Source: a virus
Lineage: Duplodnaviria; Caudoviricetes
Virus record (IMG/VR): IMGVR_UViG_3300027976_000071
Coordinates: 1-44,441 of that record
Direction: 5' to 3' (one strand)
Length of the DNA stretch: 44,441 nucleotides
Both the position numbers and the translations under genes were made by a program. The notes under the pieces were generated by a model. That model saw nothing but the letters and a program-made list of their open reading frames with translations. It was not told where the DNA came from and made no database searches. Positions within the stretch are counted from its first letter, which is position 1. The number at the start of each line of letters is the position of its first letter. Below are positions 43,850 through 44,441 of this stretch, one piece after another.

Positions 43850-44441
43850 ATGTCATCTTGGGATTTCAGAAAAGAAAAGAATCAAAACAATGCCGGGTCA
43901 ACTACAACTAATCCAACTGGCGGCCTAAAAGCCGGATTTCAGCCGAATTCACAGGCCGATTTGCTCAGTTCAAAACGTAATGTTATTGCTACCGCTAAAG
44001 GTTGGGTTCGACGTACAATTAAGCAGACCGGTGGCGTTGGTTCTACTCCTCGAATCGTTGATGAAGTCCTAGTTGCTGCTCACCCAGGAACTGGTGATGG
44101 TTTCAGTTATGCATCCAACAACCATCTGGGCAACCCAGATATTGCTCAAATATATCTTGATTCCAATTCTATAACCGCCGCCTATTCTGGAAGTACTGCG
44201 GTAAAGATTTACGTGGTATATAACGAACCCGTAAAGCACTCAGGTTTATCTGGAAACAACCGAATTCTGATCGCTAACACGGCTGGTGGAAATTCAACTG
44301 TAATTGCTATTGCTGCGCCTTCGAATTCCAACACAGGCATCGTTAATGCAAACAACACGCTTGTGTTTAGTTTTACGCCAACCGCGGGTGATGCTGGAAC
44401 TTATAAGATCCAGGCACAGACGATTGCAAATAATATTGGTT
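43850..44441 (+). CDS. virion structural protein, N-terminal part (runs off window)
   Basis: AAGGA RBS; MSSWDFRKEK...NVIATAKGWVRR...EVLVA...VVYNEPV; open to the window end; S/T/G/N-rich. Confidence 0.7.
   Translation, partial: MSSWDFRKEKNQNNAGSTTTNPTGGLKAGFQPNSQADLLSSKRNVIATAKGWVRRTIKQTGGVGSTPRIVDEVLVAAHPGTGDGFSYASNNHLGNPDIAQIYLDSNSITAAYSGSTAVKIYVVYNEPVKHSGLSGNNRILIANTAGGNSTVIAIAAPSNSNTGIVNANNTLVFSFTPTAGDAGTYKIQAQTIANNIG

Noticed and set aside
1719-43856. Numerous short minus-strand and alternate-frame ORFs in the track
   Set aside because: They are shadows of well-supported + strand genes, with no RBS or recognisable motifs
1-44441. CRISPR array, tRNA or rRNA genes
   Set aside because: No regularly spaced direct repeats, cloverleafs or rRNA-like sequence found by eye; a tRNAscan run would be needed to be certain

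Overview
A 44 kb piece of a T4-like (Tevenvirinae-related, non-enterobacterial) myovirus genome, with almost all real genes on the + strand. In order: neck/packaging/tail/head module (gp14 end, gp15-gp23, gp3); uvsY-uvsW-gp55-gp47-gp46; peptide deformylase, dexA, a MazG-like enzyme and a PD-(D/E)XK nuclease; a putative DNA-glycosylation cluster (TAGT/GREB1-like glycosyltransferase, NDP-sugar epimerase, FkbM methyltransferase, second GT-A enzyme); gp45-gp44-gp62-regA; an early accessory region (hammerhead ribozyme, PNKP-type phosphatase, DNA ligase, small ORFs, hsp20); gp43-uvsX-gp41; dCMP deaminase; and late-transcribed putative head-internal proteins. TATAAATA late promoters, TTGAC(A/T) sigma70-type promoters and UUCG hairpins are visible. 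Most notable: a complete type I hammerhead ribozyme (about 29748-29814); a 51-bp promoter element present as two inverted copies flanking gp17-gp3; head proteins built from shuffled cassettes with conserved flanks and GC-rich variable cores; a ROSE-like thermometer on hsp20; a +1 frameshift in gp47 next to an apparent AUU start in gp46. Protein calls rest on motif recognition and synteny, not database searches. The host is not established; an alphaproteobacterium is a weak guess.
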